Made by a program: the position numbers and the translations under genes. Positions 48,693-59,651 of a DNA stretch of 64,000 nucleotides are shown in pieces (position 1 is the stretch's first letter; every line of letters begins with the position of its first letter). The stretch is from Pedobacter sp. (GTDB lineage: Bacteria; Desulfobacterota; Desulfuromonadia; Desulfuromonadales; Syntrophotaleaceae). The stretch is taken from NCBI GenBank assembly GCA_050253415.1, contig JBFWJC010000001.1, positions 320,001 to 384,000 of the forward strand. Direction: 5' to 3'. The notes beneath the pieces are model-generated. The model saw nothing but the letters and a program-made list of their open reading frames with translations. It was not told where the DNA came from and made no database searches.

Positions 48693-51515
48693 TCAGGCGA
48701 TCTTGATCGTCTTGTAGAGGAAGTTCTTGAATTTGTAGAACAGGCGGCGGTCCTCGCCTTCGCCGTTGGCATTGTCGCAGGCGCGCAGTACTTCGGCTAT
48801 CTGCGGCATGCTGCCGGCACCGCGCGCCCGCGCCAGTTCCACCACTTCGGAGACCACATCGCGCGAGATGCGTTTTTCGGTATAGGGGGTATGCAGGCCG
48901 GACCAGAAATCCTCCTCGCCGCGCACGATGCGGTCAAGAATATCCTGCGCCACCTGGCTGGTGAGTCTTTTTGCCGATTGATCTTCGCCACGCTGGCCGA
49001 GGGATGCCAGCACGCGGGCGATATCCGCCTCGTCGATGTTGCGTCCTTTGTGGAAGAACAGGGCGCGCACCAGGATGGTGCGCAGTTCCCGGATGTTGCC
49101 GACGAAGTGGTGCTGCGCCAGCAACTGTTGCGCGCCGCGGCTCAGAACCGGGGCTTCCTGTTCGGCCTCTTCCGGTTTTTTATATACCTGATGCAGCTTG
49201 CCGAGGAAATGCAGCGCCAGGTCGGGGATATCCTCGCGCCGTTCGTTGAGGGACGGTACTTCGATGGCCAGCTCCGACAGGCGGTGATACAGATCCTCCC
49301 GAAACCGCCCTTCGCGTATCAGTTGGCCCAGGTCCTTGTTGGTGGCCGCCACCAGCAGTACCCGGGCGTAGCGGGTATGGTTCTCGCCGAGGCGAACGAA
49401 ACCGCCGTTGTCGAGAAACCGCAGCAGCTGTACCTGGGTCTTGGGGTCGGCATCGCCGATTTCATCGAGGAACACCAGTCCGCCGTGCGCTTCTTCGAGA
49501 ATCCCCTTGCGGTCGGCATGAGCCCCGGTAAAGGCGCCGCGCTTGTGGCCGAACAGCTCGGAATAGGTCAGCTCCCCGCTGTAGGCGGCGATGTTGGTCT
49601 TTTTCACCGGCAATTCGCTCTTGCCGTCGATGTTCTGCTGGTACATCTGGTTGAGTCGCGAGTAGATGTTGTTGAACAGAAACTCCTTACCGCTGCCTGT
49701 ATCCCCGGTAATCAGGATGGAGGGCAGCCCCAGGGTGGCTTCCTGCACATCGCTGTTGAACCACATGGTGATACGGTTGAACAGCGGCGGTGTGATCCCC
49801 TGGATGAAGGCGACGATATCGTTGGCCTTGGCCGAATTGCCGATGATGTTTCCGAGCTTGTAGGACGAAACATTGGGGTCTTTGTAGCCGTAATCCCCAC
49901 CCAGTCGGCTGACCTCGCCGGTCAGTTTCTCGATGTAGAGCAGATCCGACACATGGCGCGCGATCATGCGACTGATGATCTGCAGGATGCGCTTGTGCTC
50001 GTCGGTAAAGTAGTAGGGGCGCAGGCTGTCCATGCAGATGATGGCGATGACCTCGTCGTCGCAGACTACCGGCACGCCCAGCTCGCTTTTGATGATATCG
50101 GTGACTTCGTGGTAAAAGCCGCCGGTGCGCTTTTCCTCCAAGGTATCCGATACCATATAGGGGCGGCCGGTCTGAGCCACGTAGCCGGTCAAACTACGCT
50201 GTTCCGGGGGTAGATCGGTGCTGCCGACCCGTAGCGGCGGGATATATTTTTTGAGTCGCTGTTTGCTCTTGGCGCCCACCAGCTTGCCGTCCGGCTCTTC
50301 CACCACCAGCCATCGTTCGTCCTGTTCTCTGCGTACCAGGGCGATGCTGCCGGTGTCGGCACCGATGAGTTCGGTCGCCTTGGACAATACCCGACTGAGA
50401 AATGACGGCAGGCCCTCGAGCTTTTCGTGCAACAGATCGTTGATTTCCGACAGCACCTTGATCTCGACATGCTCGTCGCCGATCTCCTGGATGACCCGTT
50501 GGGCCATTTCGGCATGGGCTTCCAGCAGGCCCTTTTCAAAGTCGCTGAAACGGTGGGTGCCGCGCGTGTAATAGTTGACCAGGCAGATGATGCGGCGGGT
50601 GCGGGTATCGTAACGCGGCACCACGTACAACGATTTGAGTCCGAGTTCTTCGGTGAGATAACGTTTCTGCAGCATCTCGGAGGACAGGGTGGGGAAATAC
50701 AGCGGTTCCAGCAGGGTGTCGTCGACGATGACTCCGGTGCTGTTGATATAGCGTGACAGCAGCGACGTGCCGGGGCCGAGATGGATCAGGCGCTGGTTCT
50801 CGTAGGCCTGTTTGTCTTCCAGCACATCCGCGTAGGAGGCCAGGATCTGCAGACATTCCTCGCTGCTGTCCGGGCCGATGGGGGTCGGTACCAGTACGGC
50901 GGCCAATGCCAGCTTGTCGATGAGCTTGACGGCTGATTTGACCATGCACAAGGCCGCTTCCTTCTTTTTGGATTCGTCCACCCAGCGTGACAGTACCAGC
51001 TGCTGGTGATAAAGCCGCGCCTGGTCGATGAAGGCCATTACGCCGTCGAGAAAACCGCGCAGCTGGCGGGCCTGTGCGTCGCTGAGGACCCGCCCCGAGC
51101 GGCTGCTGTCTACCGCCAGCACCCCGACCGCGCGTGCGTGATGCACCAGCGGCAGGTGGCAGGTGGCGCGGATATTGAACGTTTCGGCCATCAGCCGCAC
51201 GATGTGATTGTCGATGGCTGCCATATCCGGCATCTGCAGTTCTTCGTGGGTATGATAGACCTGCGAGACGGGAAACTCGGTGTTATTGATGGGAAAAGAC
51301 CGTTCGCGGATGGTGTCGTTCTGGCGTCCCGTCGCCATGGCGCAACTCAATGCGCCGCTGGTGAGGTCCTCCAGATAAATCCGGCAGGTGTTGCGTCCGG
51401 TCACAAGATGCACCGCCTTGACCAGCGCGTGCAGGATGTCATCCAGGCTTTCCTTGCCGAGAGTGCTGATCTTTTCGGTGAGCAGTTTCAGCTGGGCATT
51501 TATAAAAGGGTCCAC
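48693..51515 (-). CDS. GAF-domain sigma-54-dependent transcriptional activator
   Basis: Motifs GDTGSGKE, ELFGHKRGAFTGA, FLDEIGD, FREDLYHRL, GNIREL. N-terminal GAF-like segments. Confidence 0.9.
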   Translation of the reverse strand: MDPFINAQLKLLTEKISTLGKESLDDILHALVKAVHLVTGRNTCRIYLEDLTSGALSCAMATGRQNDTIRERSFPINNTEFPVSQVYHTHEELQMPDMAAIDNHIVRLMAETFNIRATCHLPLVHHARAVGVLAVDSSRSGRVLSDAQARQLRGFLDGVMAFIDQARLYHQQLVLSRWVDESKKKEAALCMVKSAVKLIDKLALAAVLVPTPIGPDSSEECLQILASYADVLEDKQAYENQRLIHLGPGTSLLSRYINSTGVIVDDTLLEPLYFPTLSSEMLQKRYLTEELGLKSLYVVPRYDTRTRRIICLVNYYTRGTHRFSDFEKGLLEAHAEMAQRVIQEIGDEHVEIKVLSEINDLLHEKLEGLPSFLSRVLSKATELIGADTGSIALVRREQDERWLVVEEPDGKLVGAKSKQRLKKYIPPLRVGSTDLPPEQRSLTGYVAQTGRPYMVSDTLEEKRTGGFYHEVTDIIKSELGVPVVCDDEVIAIICMDSLRPYYFTDEHKRILQIISRMIARHVSDLLYIEKLTGEVSRLGGDYGYKDPNVSSYKLGNIIGNSAKANDIVAFIQGITPPLFNRITMWFNSDVQEATLGLPSILITGDTGSGKEFLFNNIYSRLNQMYQQNIDGKSELPVKKTNIAAYSGELTYSELFGHKRGAFTGAHADRKGILEEAHGGLVFLDEIGDADPKTQVQLLRFLDNGGFVRLGENHTRYARVLLVAATNKDLGQLIREGRFREDLYHRLSELAIEVPSLNERREDIPDLALHFLGKLHQVYKKPEEAEQEAPVLSRGAQQLLAQHHFVGNIRELRTILVRALFFHKGRNIDEADIARVLASLGQRGEDQSAKRLTSQVAQDILDRIVRGEEDFWSGLHTPYTEKRISRDVVSEVVELARARGAGSMPQIAEVLRACDNANGEGEDRRLFYKFKNFLYKTIKIA

Positions 51516-51714
51516 GCGTCCTCCCCGGAGCCGGTTGAGTAATGTTTTTACTCACAGAGTATAACCCCAGGCCGGATCACGAGTCAAAGGGTCACTTGAA
51601 TCGGGGTATAGCCCCTCTTGCCAAATAATCTTAATGGACCTACACTGAATGGGCTCGGATCTTCAACGGCCTTACCGGTTCAACAACCCCATGTGCATGT
51701 TCCAAGGAGAGAGT

Positions 51715-53196
51715 ATGGCTACCGGCAGATACGTCATTATCGGGGGCGGCAACATAGGCCAGAGGCTGATCCGACTGCTATCTCCCGATCGGGAACTGGT
51801 GCTGATCGATCAGGATCAGAAGGCCCTGGACGAGGCACTGGCGTTGCGCAGCAACGGCATTACGGCGGTGCTTGGGGATGCCACCAGCCGCCTGGTTCTG
51901 GAAAATGCCGGTCTTAAAAAGAGCGACACCGTGCTGATTACGGCTACCATCGAAAAGATCAATATCGAGGTGGCCCGTGTGGTGAAGGAATATTTTGAAA
52001 CCCGCCAGGTATTCGCCGTTGGGATTACCCGGGCCGGTATCGCCGCAATGGAGGAGCTTGGCGTCGAGGTGGAAAACATTTTTTCCGTCAGCGCCATCGG
52101 TCTGCGTAACCGGCTGGAACACAAAACCAAAACGGTGCACGGCATCGGCCTGGGTAAAAACGAAATCCTTGAGGTGGAGGTCCACCCCAACTCGCGCCTG
52201 GCGTACAAAACCATCGGCAGCATCCGGCCCCGCCGCTGGCGCATCGGCATCATTTACCGGGATGAGGCCATTGTTGTGCCGCGTGATGATACCGTGCTTA
52301 AACCCGAAGACAAGCTGATCATTCTCGGCGATCCTCGGGTGTTGAAAACCGTGGCTGAAATGCTGACCTTCCGTTTTGTGCAGTTTCCCCTCGAATATGG
52401 TGACCGGACCCTGGCTCTGCTGTTCGGGGGCGAACCGGAAGCTTTTTTTGCCGAACTCGCCTATATTCTCAAAACCTTTCCCCTGGCGCAGACCTCGGTG
52501 GTGTCTTGCTCCTCCCGACCGGACGATGTTGAGCGTTCCCGCGCATTATTGGCTGCCCAGGGACTTGATCAACTGGAACTGCGGCAGATTCCCATTGCGG
52601 AACTGCTGGCTGCCCCTGCTACAGCGCCCGGAACTGCCGGCAAGGTGGGGCTGGTGGTGCTGTCCCGAGTTCATTTGAGTCGCGGCATGAAAAGCCCCTC
52701 TGTTGGGCGTTCCCGCAAAAGCCTGCTCATGCGGTTGTCCCAGACCTTCCGGGCTCCGCTGCTTTTGAGCGGCGGTACCTTCCCTTATCAGCGGATGGCG
52801 TTGCCATGTATGGCTGAGGATCAGATGCAATCCAGCATGCAGACCGCGCTGGAGATTGCCGCGCCTCTGCAATTCAATCTTGAGGCGCTTATCTGTAAAC
52901 CCTCCGAATACATTGCCGGGGACGATGAATTTTCCGACTATGACAGCATGTGTAAAACCATCGATCGTTTGCGCCATATATACCGGACCGAAGTACGCGA
53001 GAAGTTGCTGGAAGGCAACCCCATCATGGCATTTTGCGAAGAGTTGAAGGGGCACCAACTGCTTGTCGCCAATATCGGCGAATGGCGCCAGCCACGGTTG
53101 CTGCCGGACTGGCTGAATCCCGATATCCCCTGGCATGTCGTCGACCGTGCCGGTATCTCGACCATGCTGTTGCCGGCCGACCAGGAGACTCTTTGA
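51715..53196 (+). CDS. TrkA-N/TrkA-C (RCK) protein with a C-terminal USP-like extension
   Basis: Motifs IIGGGNIG, LIDQD, GDAT, DKLIILG. AAGGAG RBS. Confidence 0.8.
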   Translation: MATGRYVIIGGGNIGQRLIRLLSPDRELVLIDQDQKALDEALALRSNGITAVLGDATSRLVLENAGLKKSDTVLITATIEKINIEVARVVKEYFETRQVFAVGITRAGIAAMEELGVEVENIFSVSAIGLRNRLEHKTKTVHGIGLGKNEILEVEVHPNSRLAYKTIGSIRPRRWRIGIIYRDEAIVVPRDDTVLKPEDKLIILGDPRVLKTVAEMLTFRFVQFPLEYGDRTLALLFGGEPEAFFAELAYILKTFPLAQTSVVSCSSRPDDVERSRALLAAQGLDQLELRQIPIAELLAAPATAPGTAGKVGLVVLSRVHLSRGMKSPSVGRSRKSLLMRLSQTFRAPLLLSGGTFPYQRMALPCMAEDQMQSSMQTALEIAAPLQFNLEALICKPSEYIAGDDEFSDYDSMCKTIDRLRHIYRTEVREKLLEGNPIMAFCEELKGHQLLVANIGEWRQPRLLPDWLNPDIPWHVVDRAGISTMLLPADQETL

Positions 53197-53199
53197 CCT

Positions 53200-54360
53200 A
53201 TGGCCGAGCAACTGGTCACTCTCGTTATGGTGGTATTCGGAGCGGCTCTCATGCCGCTGGCGGCGAGGCGCCTGTCGGTGCCGTCGGCCGCGCTGGAAAT
53301 CGTTTTTGGCATGGTGCTGTTCAACACAGTGCTGGACCATCAGCCCGACTGGTTTGAGTTACTCAAAGAGCTCGGTCTGATCTACCTGATGTTCATTGCC
53401 GGTAGCGAACTGTCGCTTCGGGAATTGCAGAGTAGCGGGCGGGTGTTGCGCTACCTGCTGATACCCCTGCCGGCTTTTATCTTCATGCCGCTGCTGCTGC
53501 AGTTTATCGGGCTGCCCTGGTATCTTGGCATTGCCCTGGCCATGATTTCCGCCGGCATCGTCATCCCGGTTCTCAAAGAGTCGGACCTGCTGCAACGCCC
53601 TATCGGGCGCGATATTCTCGGTGTGGCGCTGGCCGGGGAGCTGATTTCGATACTGGTGCTGACCCTGCTCGATATTTTTCACCGTTATGGCGCAACGCCC
53701 TATGCATTTTTTGAACTGCTGAAATTGGTTGCCCTGCTCGGTGTGGCCGGGTTGGCCTTGAAATTCCTCTACCTGCTGGCCTGGTGGCATCCGAAGCACG
53801 TGGCTCGCGTCATGCGCAGCGAGGACCCCACCGAAGAAGGTATGCGTCTGGTCATTTCCGTCGCCTTTGCCGGTGGTCTGGCCGCTTACGGTGCCGGTGT
53901 GGAGCCGATTCTCGGCTCTTTTATGGCGGGGGTCATTTTCAGCCATGTCTTCAAGAGCAAAGGCCGCTTTGAGGACAAAATAAACGCTATCGGATTCGGG
54001 TTTCTGACGCCCTTTTTCTTTATCGGCGTCGGAGCCGCTTTCAATCCGGCGCTGTTGAGGTCTCCGCAGACGGTTCTGCTGGCCGTGGGGTTGTCCGGTT
54101 TGCTGCTGGCCGCCAAACTTCTGCCGTTGCTTCCGGCTCGTTTTATCGGTCTGCGTGCCCAGGAGGCGTTCGGCATGGGCCTGTTGCTGGCGGCCCCGCT
54201 GTCGCTGCTTGTGGTGGCCGGAACCCTGGGACAGAAAATGGGGCTGCTGTCATCCGAGCTGAACGGCATGCTGGTGCTGACCGCTGTTTTGGCAAGTATC
54301 CTGTTTCCCATGATATTCAGGTTCCTCGTGCCGCATCTGAAACAGGACAAACCGACCTGA
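53200..54360 (+). CDS. CPA2-family cation:proton antiporter
   Basis: Motifs LMFIAGSE, ILGSFMAG, FLTPFFFIGVG. Many TM segments. Confidence 0.88.
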   Translation: MAEQLVTLVMVVFGAALMPLAARRLSVPSAALEIVFGMVLFNTVLDHQPDWFELLKELGLIYLMFIAGSELSLRELQSSGRVLRYLLIPLPAFIFMPLLLQFIGLPWYLGIALAMISAGIVIPVLKESDLLQRPIGRDILGVALAGELISILVLTLLDIFHRYGATPYAFFELLKLVALLGVAGLALKFLYLLAWWHPKHVARVMRSEDPTEEGMRLVISVAFAGGLAAYGAGVEPILGSFMAGVIFSHVFKSKGRFEDKINAIGFGFLTPFFFIGVGAAFNPALLRSPQTVLLAVGLSGLLLAAKLLPLLPARFIGLRAQEAFGMGLLLAAPLSLLVVAGTLGQKMGLLSSELNGMLVLTAVLASILFPMIFRFLVPHLKQDKPT

Positions 54361-54584
54361 TCGATGGTATCCGGCGGATTGCTGCGGCCAGAATTTCCTT
54401 GCTCCCGAGGGGCAAACATTGTATTTCCTATAGCCTTCATCCCGCGTTTATCCGGTAACTATCCGTTGTGCAATCTCGGACCATAACCTGCATGCCCTCA
54501 AGGGCGAGTCATTGCTCCGATGCGTGACCATTGCACTTTTGCGAAAAGGGTGATGGGCGCGTTAAACCTACCAAGGAGGATCCC

Positions 54585-55742
54585 ATGGGTCTGTTATCCA
54601 ATACCGTCAGCATCTGCCAGTTCAATGTGGTCGGCGACCTGCCGACGGAAAATCTCATTGAATGGGCCGGGCAATGCCTGGCCGGGCAAGCTTTCCAGAG
54701 CATTGAAGGCAGCAGTGAAGAGCAGTCGAGCGGCTGGGTACACCTCGACGATTTCGAGGCCTGCGATTTCGAGGCCCCCGAAACCTATGCCCGTGACCAT
54801 TATCTGACCTTCAGCTTGCGGCGTGACCGGCGGCGTGTTCCCGGCGGCTTGCTCAAGGCCCACCTTGATCGTGCCGAGCAGAAGTTTTTGGCCGAACACC
54901 CCGGCCTGCAGCGGGTTCCTAAAAACAAACGCGAGGAATTGCGCGAAGCGGTGAGGGGTAACTTGCTGTCCCGCACCCTGCCCTCGCCGGCCACCTTCGA
55001 TGCTGTATGGGATACGCGTAACGGGCGGCTGACCCTGACGACCCTTAACGGTCAGATCGTGGAACAGTTCGAGAACCTGTTCAAAACCACTTTCGAAGGG
55101 CTGCGACTGGTGGCTCTGCATCCCATGGCTCGCGCTGCAGGGGTCCTGGATGACAACCGCAAGGAGGCGTTGCAGCAGCTTAACCGTGCGGTGAACGATA
55201 CGGTGCTCGATCAGATCAAGGACAATCTCTGGCTTGGGTGGGATCTGCTGCGCTGGCTGGTGGACCGTACCCTCAATTCCGGCTCCGAATACCGTGTCAA
55301 CCAGCCCGGCCCGGCTCTTGAAGGCGAAGGCTTTGCGGCCTATCTCAACGACCGCCTGGTCCTCAGCGGCGGTCATGAAGAGGGTACCCAGAAAATTACC
55401 GTAGCCGGTCCCCAGGACCATTTCGACGAGGCGTTGGCCGCTCTCGATACCGGCAAGGATATCGGGGAGGGAACGCTGTACCTGGAAAAAGGCGAGCTGC
55501 AGTGGAAAATGACCCTCAAAGGGGAATTGTTTCAGTTCGGCTCTTACCGCTGTCCGGGCGTGAAGCTGGAAAAGGATGCTCTGACCGATCAGAACAGCGA
55601 GCGCATGGCGGTATTTTTCGAGCGCATGTATGTTCTTGAAGAAGGTCTGCAATTGTTCGACAGCCTGCTGTCGGCCTTTTTGGAAGAGCGTCTTTCGGAA
55701 AACTGGCGTCCGCCCCTTACGGAAAATACGACTACGGCATGA
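54585..55742 (+). CDS. rdgC: Recombination-associated protein, RdgC-like
   Basis: Motifs SSGWV, FSLRRDRRRVP, LLSRTLPSP, LFKTTF. AAGGAGG RBS. Confidence 0.75.
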   Translation: MGLLSNTVSICQFNVVGDLPTENLIEWAGQCLAGQAFQSIEGSSEEQSSGWVHLDDFEACDFEAPETYARDHYLTFSLRRDRRRVPGGLLKAHLDRAEQKFLAEHPGLQRVPKNKREELREAVRGNLLSRTLPSPATFDAVWDTRNGRLTLTTLNGQIVEQFENLFKTTFEGLRLVALHPMARAAGVLDDNRKEALQQLNRAVNDTVLDQIKDNLWLGWDLLRWLVDRTLNSGSEYRVNQPGPALEGEGFAAYLNDRLVLSGGHEEGTQKITVAGPQDHFDEALAALDTGKDIGEGTLYLEKGELQWKMTLKGELFQFGSYRCPGVKLEKDALTDQNSERMAVFFERMYVLEEGLQLFDSLLSAFLEERLSENWRPPLTENTTTA

Positions 55743-56134
55743 GTCGGATGTTGGATATGATTTTCGTCTACGGTACCCTGCAACAGCAGGGTGCCGCCCA
55801 TCATCTTCTGGTCGGGCAGGCCACCTTTATGGGGGCTGCCTGGCTGCAAGGTCGATTGTACGAAGTGAGTGGCTATCCCGGTGCGGTTCTGTCGGACAGC
55901 TCCCGGGACCGCATTCAGGGGGAACTTTACCAGATGCACAAGCCGGACATACTGCTGGCGCAACTCGATCAGTATGAAGAGGTCGGGCCGCAATTTCCCC
56001 AACCTCACGAGTATCGGCGCATGCAGGTCAGCGTCAGCGACGCGCGGCAAAAGCCCCGCGCCGCCTGGACGTATATTTACACTCGTAGCACCGTCAATCT
56101 CCCCCGTATTACGAGCGGTCGCTGGTTTGCCTAA
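55739..56134 (+). CDS. Gamma-glutamylcyclotransferase (AIG2-like) family protein
   Basis: Motifs FVYGTL, YPG, GELY, LDQYE, AWTY. Confidence 0.88.
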   Translation: MSRMLDMIFVYGTLQQQGAAHHLLVGQATFMGAAWLQGRLYEVSGYPGAVLSDSSRDRIQGELYQMHKPDILLAQLDQYEEVGPQFPQPHEYRRMQVSVSDARQKPRAAWTYIYTRSTVNLPRITSGRWFA

Positions 56135-56384
56135 AGCTCACGGGAGTCTGTCGGACTATCCATGGGCCGGCTGTGTTTTCATCTTCTTTCCATACTGTTT
56201 GCTGTATCAGGCCATAATATTTTTCTCCTGACTCCGGAACGAGAATTGCTGTTTTGTTATAAAATAGTTCCCTGGTTCATGAGGTTGTTGTGTCTTTCCC
56301 TCGGTCCGTTAGCCTTTGAGTGCGTATTTTGGTCACACGAAGCGGGATATCGCCGGACTTGTCCTTAACACAAAGAAAGAAATT

Positions 56385-57089
56385 ATGCTGGATACTTTTT
56401 TCGATAAAATTTTCGTTATCAATCTGGAGGATCGGGAGGATAAATGGAGGGAAATCTGCCAACGGCTGACAGCACTCGGCATCCAGAAGTTTGAACGGTT
56501 TTCTGCCGTCAAACGCCCTCTCAGTGCTTACCCGGAACAGTTCTATGCCGAAATGAATCTGAGCCGGATCCGACCTGAGGATACCGAAAAGTATCTGGCC
56601 AACGCCTCAGGGTGCAAGCAATCCCACATTGAGATCATAAAAAAAGCCCAACACGAGGGTTTCAACCATATCCTGATACTTGAAGACGATTGTGCCTTTA
56701 TCGATAACGCCATGGATATCTTTTCCAAAGCCTGGAAGGAATTACAAACCACCGACTGGGAGATGTTCTATCTGGGGGGGATGCACAAAAAGCGTACGCC
56801 TCCCCAGTCTTTCAGTCGCCACCTGCTGCGACTTGCCGGCACCTATGAAACCCATGCCTATGCCGTCTCGCGCAGGGGGTATGAACCGCTATTGACTGCT
56901 CTGGGCCAGTATGGGGAGGAAGTCGATGTTATCTATGCCAAGCGTATTCAACCCGATCATGCCTGTTTTGCCACCCATCCTTCGATTGCCTTTCAGGATG
57001 ATACTCCCAGCGATATCGTACAACGACGTATAAAACCGGTAAAAAAGCGCGGCTGGCTGTCTTCTATGTTGCGGCGTTGGCTGCAATGA
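56385..57089 (+). CDS. Glycosyltransferase family 25
   Basis: Motifs FVINLEDR, RFSAV, GCKQSH, LILEDD, HAYAV. Confidence 0.85.
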   Translation: MLDTFFDKIFVINLEDREDKWREICQRLTALGIQKFERFSAVKRPLSAYPEQFYAEMNLSRIRPEDTEKYLANASGCKQSHIEIIKKAQHEGFNHILILEDDCAFIDNAMDIFSKAWKELQTTDWEMFYLGGMHKKRTPPQSFSRHLLRLAGTYETHAYAVSRRGYEPLLTALGQYGEEVDVIYAKRIQPDHACFATHPSIAFQDDTPSDIVQRRIKPVKKRGWLSSMLRRWLQ

Positions 57090-57324
57090 CAGAATCCTGG
57101 GGGTGCTTGTATCCCCTGTTTAATATCCCTTCAAAATTCTCCCCGATTCATCCGGTATTCTGGCATCTCATTGTCGTCTTATGGAGACACTTGCTGCCCA
57201 AGGCATAACTTTATACTTTCCAATAATTCTATATCGGAGTATAACAGAAAAATTGCTTTTGCGTCGACCACTTAGCCAAGACCTTAACCTTTAAGCTCTG
57301 CCACCAAAGCGATGAACTGACATT

Positions 57325-59574
57325 ATGACCAAACCATCGATCTACCAAAGGCTCTTTTCCGATATTTCCGATTTGCTGGCGGTTATTGACCGTAATCATC
57401 GTCTGGTCATGTGCAACTGGCGTGGTGGTTATGACTACGTTCCGGAGGATAAGAGAAAAGGGCAGCCCCTTTGTTACGATGTTTTTTATCCCGGCCAGGG
57501 GAAACCCTGTGAGCCGTGTCATGTGATGGACGTATTTCGTAACGGCAAGCCTTTGGTAACCGAAAAACATAATGCTCGCATCGGCCACCTGGAGGTGCGC
57601 TGTTTTCCTATACACGATGAGTATGGTGAATTGACTCTGGTGGCCGAACAACTTTGCGATATCAACCAGAGAAAGACCGCCGTGGAAAACCTGCGGGCCA
57701 GGGAAACACAATACCGGACGCTGGTGGAGAGCCAGGTCGACCTGATTTGCCGCTGGCAACCTGATGCCACGCTGACCTTTGTCAACGCCTCCTATTGCCG
57801 GTTTTTCGGCAAAACTCGTGAAGAGCTGCTCGGTACCAAATTTACCGATCTCGTTTCTGAAGAGATTCGTCGCGGCCTTGTCGAGCATGTCGCTTGTCAG
57901 GCGCAGAATCCGAAGTTGGGTTCCCTGGAGGTCGAAGTTTGTAATGCCGATGGCGAGAACCGCTGGCAGAGCTGGTATGATTGCCCTATATTCGATGAGC
58001 AGGGACACTTGCTGGAGTTTCAATCGGTGGCGCGGGATATTACCGAAGAAAAACTTGCCCTTGAGCGGTTACGACTAAGTCAGGATCGCTACCGTCTGTT
58101 TTTTGAAAATGATCTGACCGGCGATTTTGTGGTGACGGTAGAAGGCCAGCTTGTCGATTGCAATCAGGCTTTTTTGCGTATTTTCGGTTTTGCTTCCAAA
58201 GAACAAGCCATGGCGCAAAACTTTTTTGCGCTGTTTTTTCACTGCAACGATCCCGCCTTCTTTTTTCAAACGTTACAAGCGCAGCAGAAGATGGAATATT
58301 GCGAAATAGAAGGCTGCAAAAGCGATGGCGCCCCCATACAGTTAATCGCCAACCTGATCGGCGAGTTCGACGATGACGGGCAGCTCGCTTCCATTCAGGG
58401 CTTTTTATTCGACAACACCGACCTGAAAAATCTGCAGAAGCAGTTTCTGCATGCGCAAAAAATGGAAGCCATGGGGCGTCTGGCTGGTGGGGTCGCTCAT
58501 GATTTCAACAATCTTTTGACCGTTATCAGCGGTTACAGCCAGTACCTGTTGCAGAAATACCCAGAAGAGCCCATGCGGGGTTGCCTGGAGCAGATCGTCA
58601 AAGCGGGAGATCAGGCTGCTTCCCTGACCAGTCAATTGCTGGCCTTCAGTCGGCGGCAGGTCATGCAGACCAAAGAGATGGATCTCAATGCGGTAACCGC
58701 CGATATGGAAAAGATGCTGCTGCGTATCCTCGGTGCCGATGTTGAACTGGTGGTGTTGCGGGACCCACGCCTCGGGCTTATCAATGCCGATCGGGGGCAG
58801 ATCGAACAGGTGATCGTCAATCTGGCCATCAACGCGCGGGATGCCATGCCCGGGGGTGGCAAACTGACCATCGAGACCATCAATATCGAGCTCGATGAAA
58901 TTTACTCGACCTGGCACACCGGTCTGGCCCCAGGGTATTATGTCATGATGTCCGTGACCGATACCGGTTCCGGTATGGATGCCGAAACCATGAGCAAGAT
59001 TTTTGAACCCTTCTACACCACCAAGGAGACGGGCAAGGGAACCGGGTTGGGATTGTCAACCGTGTACGGTATCGTGCAGCAAAGCGGTGGGCACATCTAT
59101 GTTTACAGCGAACCGGGCATGGGCACCACCTTTAAAATCTATCTGCCGCGCATCGACAGCCCCATGATCAGCGGTGCCATCAAGGAAGGACCCTGCCTGC
59201 CTGTCAGGGGATCGGAAACCATCCTGCTGGTCGAAGACAACGAGTCGGTCAGGGATCTGGCCCATATGGTCTTGCACGGCAATGGATATAAGGTCCTGGA
59301 GGCCGGTAATCCGCAAGAGGCCTTACAGGTGTTTGAATCCTACGGAGACCCCATTCATTTGTTGCTGACCGATGTCGTTATGCCGGGTGGTAGCGGCCCG
59401 ATGCTGGCAAAGGAACTGCGCAGTCGGTTGGACAACCTCAAGGTTCTGTATGTTTCCGGATATCCGCAGGATACCCATGCCATCGACAATCTTGATGCGC
59501 ATAAGGACGCCTTTCTGGCCAAACCCTTTACCCCTGTTTCCCTGGGTCTGAAAGTGCGTGAAATCCTCGGTTGA
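57325..59574 (+). CDS. PAS-domain hybrid sensor histidine kinase
   Basis: H-box AHDFNNLL, NARDA, DTGSG, GTGLGL, and a C-terminal receiver domain. Confidence 0.96.
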   Translation: MTKPSIYQRLFSDISDLLAVIDRNHRLVMCNWRGGYDYVPEDKRKGQPLCYDVFYPGQGKPCEPCHVMDVFRNGKPLVTEKHNARIGHLEVRCFPIHDEYGELTLVAEQLCDINQRKTAVENLRARETQYRTLVESQVDLICRWQPDATLTFVNASYCRFFGKTREELLGTKFTDLVSEEIRRGLVEHVACQAQNPKLGSLEVEVCNADGENRWQSWYDCPIFDEQGHLLEFQSVARDITEEKLALERLRLSQDRYRLFFENDLTGDFVVTVEGQLVDCNQAFLRIFGFASKEQAMAQNFFALFFHCNDPAFFFQTLQAQQKMEYCEIEGCKSDGAPIQLIANLIGEFDDDGQLASIQGFLFDNTDLKNLQKQFLHAQKMEAMGRLAGGVAHDFNNLLTVISGYSQYLLQKYPEEPMRGCLEQIVKAGDQAASLTSQLLAFSRRQVMQTKEMDLNAVTADMEKMLLRILGADVELVVLRDPRLGLINADRGQIEQVIVNLAINARDAMPGGGKLTIETINIELDEIYSTWHTGLAPGYYVMMSVTDTGSGMDAETMSKIFEPFYTTKETGKGTGLGLSTVYGIVQQSGGHIYVYSEPGMGTTFKIYLPRIDSPMISGAIKEGPCLPVRGSETILLVEDNESVRDLAHMVLHGNGYKVLEAGNPQEALQVFESYGDPIHLLLTDVVMPGGSGPMLAKELRSRLDNLKVLYVSGYPQDTHAIDNLDAHKDAFLAKPFTPVSLGLKVREILG

Positions 59575-59593
59575 GGTAGCCCCGTATATACGC

Positions 59594-59632
59594 AAAAAAG
59601 GCTCCCCTTTAATACAAAGGGGAGCCTTTTTT
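59594..59632. terminator. Bidirectional intrinsic terminator
   Basis: AAAAAAGGCTCCCCTTT-AATAC-AAAGGGGAGCCTTTTTT between convergent genes. Confidence 0.9.
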
Positions 59633-59651
59633 GCTTTCGTAACGAACTGTT

